A stretch of 64,000 nt of DNA from assembly GCA_965153285.1 (NCBI GenBank), contig OZ229122.1; one strand, written 5' to 3'. Shown piece after piece: positions 61,521 through 64,000 of this stretch (its first letter is position 1; every line of letters begins with the position of its first letter). A program made the translations under genes and the position numbers. A model generated the notes under the pieces. It was given only the letters and a program-made list of their open reading frames with translations. It was not told the DNA's origin and ran no database searches. The DNA comes from Podarcis tiliguerta (taxonomy: Eukaryota).

Positions 61521-62807
61521 CTTTTATTTTGGAGATTTTGCTGCAAACCTTTGTGGGGGAAGCCATGATCATTCAGGAGGTATCAAAGTGCTTTAATGAT
61601 GTGTGTACACATGTGCCTTCAGTGAGATTTGAACTGGGGTCTTGCTAGTTCTTTACGCCTAACTGTGACCTGTACCCTGTTGAGTCTTTGGCACATTGGA
61701 TGAGAGCTTTCCAGTTGGTTAGTAAATATGGATCACTCATCTCCGTTTCCTGAATTCACTTGGTTGACATTTAGAAGACATTTTCTTAAGGTTTGCATAG
61801 CATAATTGAGTCATGAAAACATAATTCTTAGTACATTTTCATATACTAAAATCAAGCAGGTTTCTAAAATGGGGCATTTCAACATTCTTCTGTGTGACAC
61901 GGTGTGTAAATCAAGAATAGGTCACGTGTGTGCACTAGACAGCTAGGAATATTTATCTTCTGGTGTAAAATCCAGGTATGATTTTAAAAGAATGTTTGTG
62001 GATTGATACTGTTTCTAGAGGACAATTCTTATCCAGGATAATCAAAACCCTTTTATTGTTTTAATATGCTCTTAATGCTTTTAATTCTGTAATCTTCTCT
62101 GGGATCTTACAATGAAGGGTGGGCAATAAGTAAACTAATTAATTAATTAATTAATCTTGAAAAACTTATTGACTGGTAAATGTTCCAATAACACTTTTGA
62201 GCCAGCTGCTTGAATATTTGAGGCAGGAAATTTGGGGGTGAAATGTTTAAACTAATTCCATCCCAATTAATGACTTTATATTTTAATTGTGCTTATTATT
62301 CCATATCTAATTTAGGTTTTTTTCCTGCCCTAAAGAGATTTCATCACTCACACTGTGTATGTCAAGTTGGAAGAAACATGTCTTGTTCAAGTTGTATAAT
62401 TTTCAATTGCTTTCCCCCTCTCAAGTTGCAAATGAAATTTCCACAACAAAAATGGCACTGAAATAACAAGGAATTATGAAAAGCAAAGGTTATTTATTAT
62501 ATTAAAAAAGCAGCCTGTGTTTTCTTTTTACAAGCATCTCATTTACATTTTTGATAAGCTCCAACACAAGCAAGCTTTTTAATTACTTTGTTTTAAGTAA
62601 TAAAAAAGTAGTGTAGGAAAACCAGAAATATTATCACAAAAACATTTCTGCATTCAATACAGTTTTTGCTTCATGTACATTGCAACACAAAAGATTAGAC
62701 AAATTCATTGATAGCTCCAGTCCCCCTCTCACAGGAGGGAAGGATGCTCTTGTGCTTTTCCCATGGGGGGGGGGCACTGTGAGAACAGGATCCTGGACCA
62801 GATAGAC

Positions 62808-63053
62808 CAGGGGTCAGCAAACTTTTTAATCAGGGGGCTGGTCCACTGTCCCTCAGACCTTGTGGGGGGCCGGACTATACTTTTTGGGGGGAAATAAATG
62901 AATTCCTCCCACAAATAACCCAGAGATGCATTTTAAATAAAAGGACACATTCTACTCATATAAAAACACGCTGATTCCTGGACCGTCCGCAGGCTGGATT
63001 GAGAAGGCGATTGGGCCAGATCCGGTCCCCGGGCCTCAGTTTGCCCTCACGTG
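62808..63053. mobile_element. hAT (Charlie-like) MITE
   Basis: CAGGGGTCAGCAAACT start, AGTTTGCC end; 8-bp TSD AGATAGAC (62800-62807 and 63054-63061). Confidence 0.88.
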
Positions 63054-63231
63054 AGATAGACCATTGGCCTGATGCAACAAACTCTTCTGATGTCCTCCCT
63101 CCACCTGTTGTAAAATGAGTTTGACCTCCAAATGGAAAATTCTGTGATTCGTGTATTGACCTGTTTCACTGTGCAAGCTCAGCCTCCGTGTCAGAGTTTG
63201 CCATGCGTTCACACGCTCACAGTGGTGGGGA

Positions 63232-63388
63232 CATAGGTGCCAACTCCTATGGCCAAGGTCCCTTCGGACTCCCCCCGCCAGTTGATGGGCATTGTCATTC
63301 AGATGGGTGGGTGTGCGGTGTCTTGTGGTTGATAATGTGGGGCAGGGCTTATCTGTGCCCCCCAATATTTTATTCAACTTGGCACCCC
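63232..63388. mobile_element. Degenerate hAT-like MITE
   Basis: CATAGGTGCCAA / TTGGCACC terminal motifs. Confidence 0.45.
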
Positions 63389-64000
63389 GGGTGGGGACAT
63401 TTCCCAGGCTTCACACATGAAGGGCACCATTCTGGCCTTGAGAAACTGTGTCTTTCCAGTCAGCTAGTTTCCTATCCAGTGCACGTGTCCATGTAAATCA
63501 GTCTTCAGCTTTACTGATAAGTTGAACACAACCTGAACAGTGAACAAATGCAGGTGATAAAACAATTGGCTGCAGAAGAAGGTTGAATCTAATGGAGATA
63601 AAACAGATGATAAGGATGGGATGAAAGATTACATATTCTACACAAGAACAATCAATCAGTGCATGATGGTAGATACTAAGGTTTGATCAGTTGCTAATCG
63701 TTAAACAATAGGAAAATTAAAGCAGCTATAAATATAGAGACCATGAATAAAAGTTCACAAAAATGCTGCTGGGTTGTCATGAGGACTAAAAAAAAACAAA
63801 AAATGATATGGAAAAGTGAAAAACAGAAAGAAATTAAAATTTCCGTGTTTGCCTGACCCTGGTGGGAACCCCCAAAGGGAAGAAATCAAAAGTAATGTCT
63901 CAAAGTTTTCTATAAAAGCAACTGTACCGTGGTAGGGGGCATGGAGGAGAAACGAGGGTGGCAATTCTTTCAAAGTGGAAGAGAACAATAGGAGAGCACC

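Overview
Vertebrate, repeat-rich, non-genic DNA from a squamate reptile. The Sauria SINE and Squam3-type SINE sequences point to a lacertid lizard. I recognise no host protein-coding gene, rRNA, functional tRNA or known miRNA. The window is a mosaic of transposable elements: four Sauria SINEs plus an ultra-short tail insertion, other tRNA-derived SINEs, many L2 and CR1 LINE fragments, RTE-X-like LINE pieces (one with an essentially intact APE endonuclease), a young 5'-truncated L1-clade LINE with a perfect 20-bp TSD, several solo LTRs with 4-5 bp TSDs, and hAT, Tc1/mariner and Harbinger-like MITEs. The most interesting signals are: (1) an in-phase U-UUU-UUA slippery site plus stem-loop in the ORF1/ORF2 overlap of the RTE-X-like LINE, a candidate -1 frameshift with a stated alternative explanation; (2) the 557-codon L1 ORF that starts at a host-derived ATG just downstream of a promoter/first-exon-like element; (3) a perfect 24-bp hairpin; (4) Arg-rich cryptic frames in LTRs; (5) nested insertions with reciprocal empty sites. 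Family names come from recalled motifs, not from database searches. Boundaries without a TSD are approximate.
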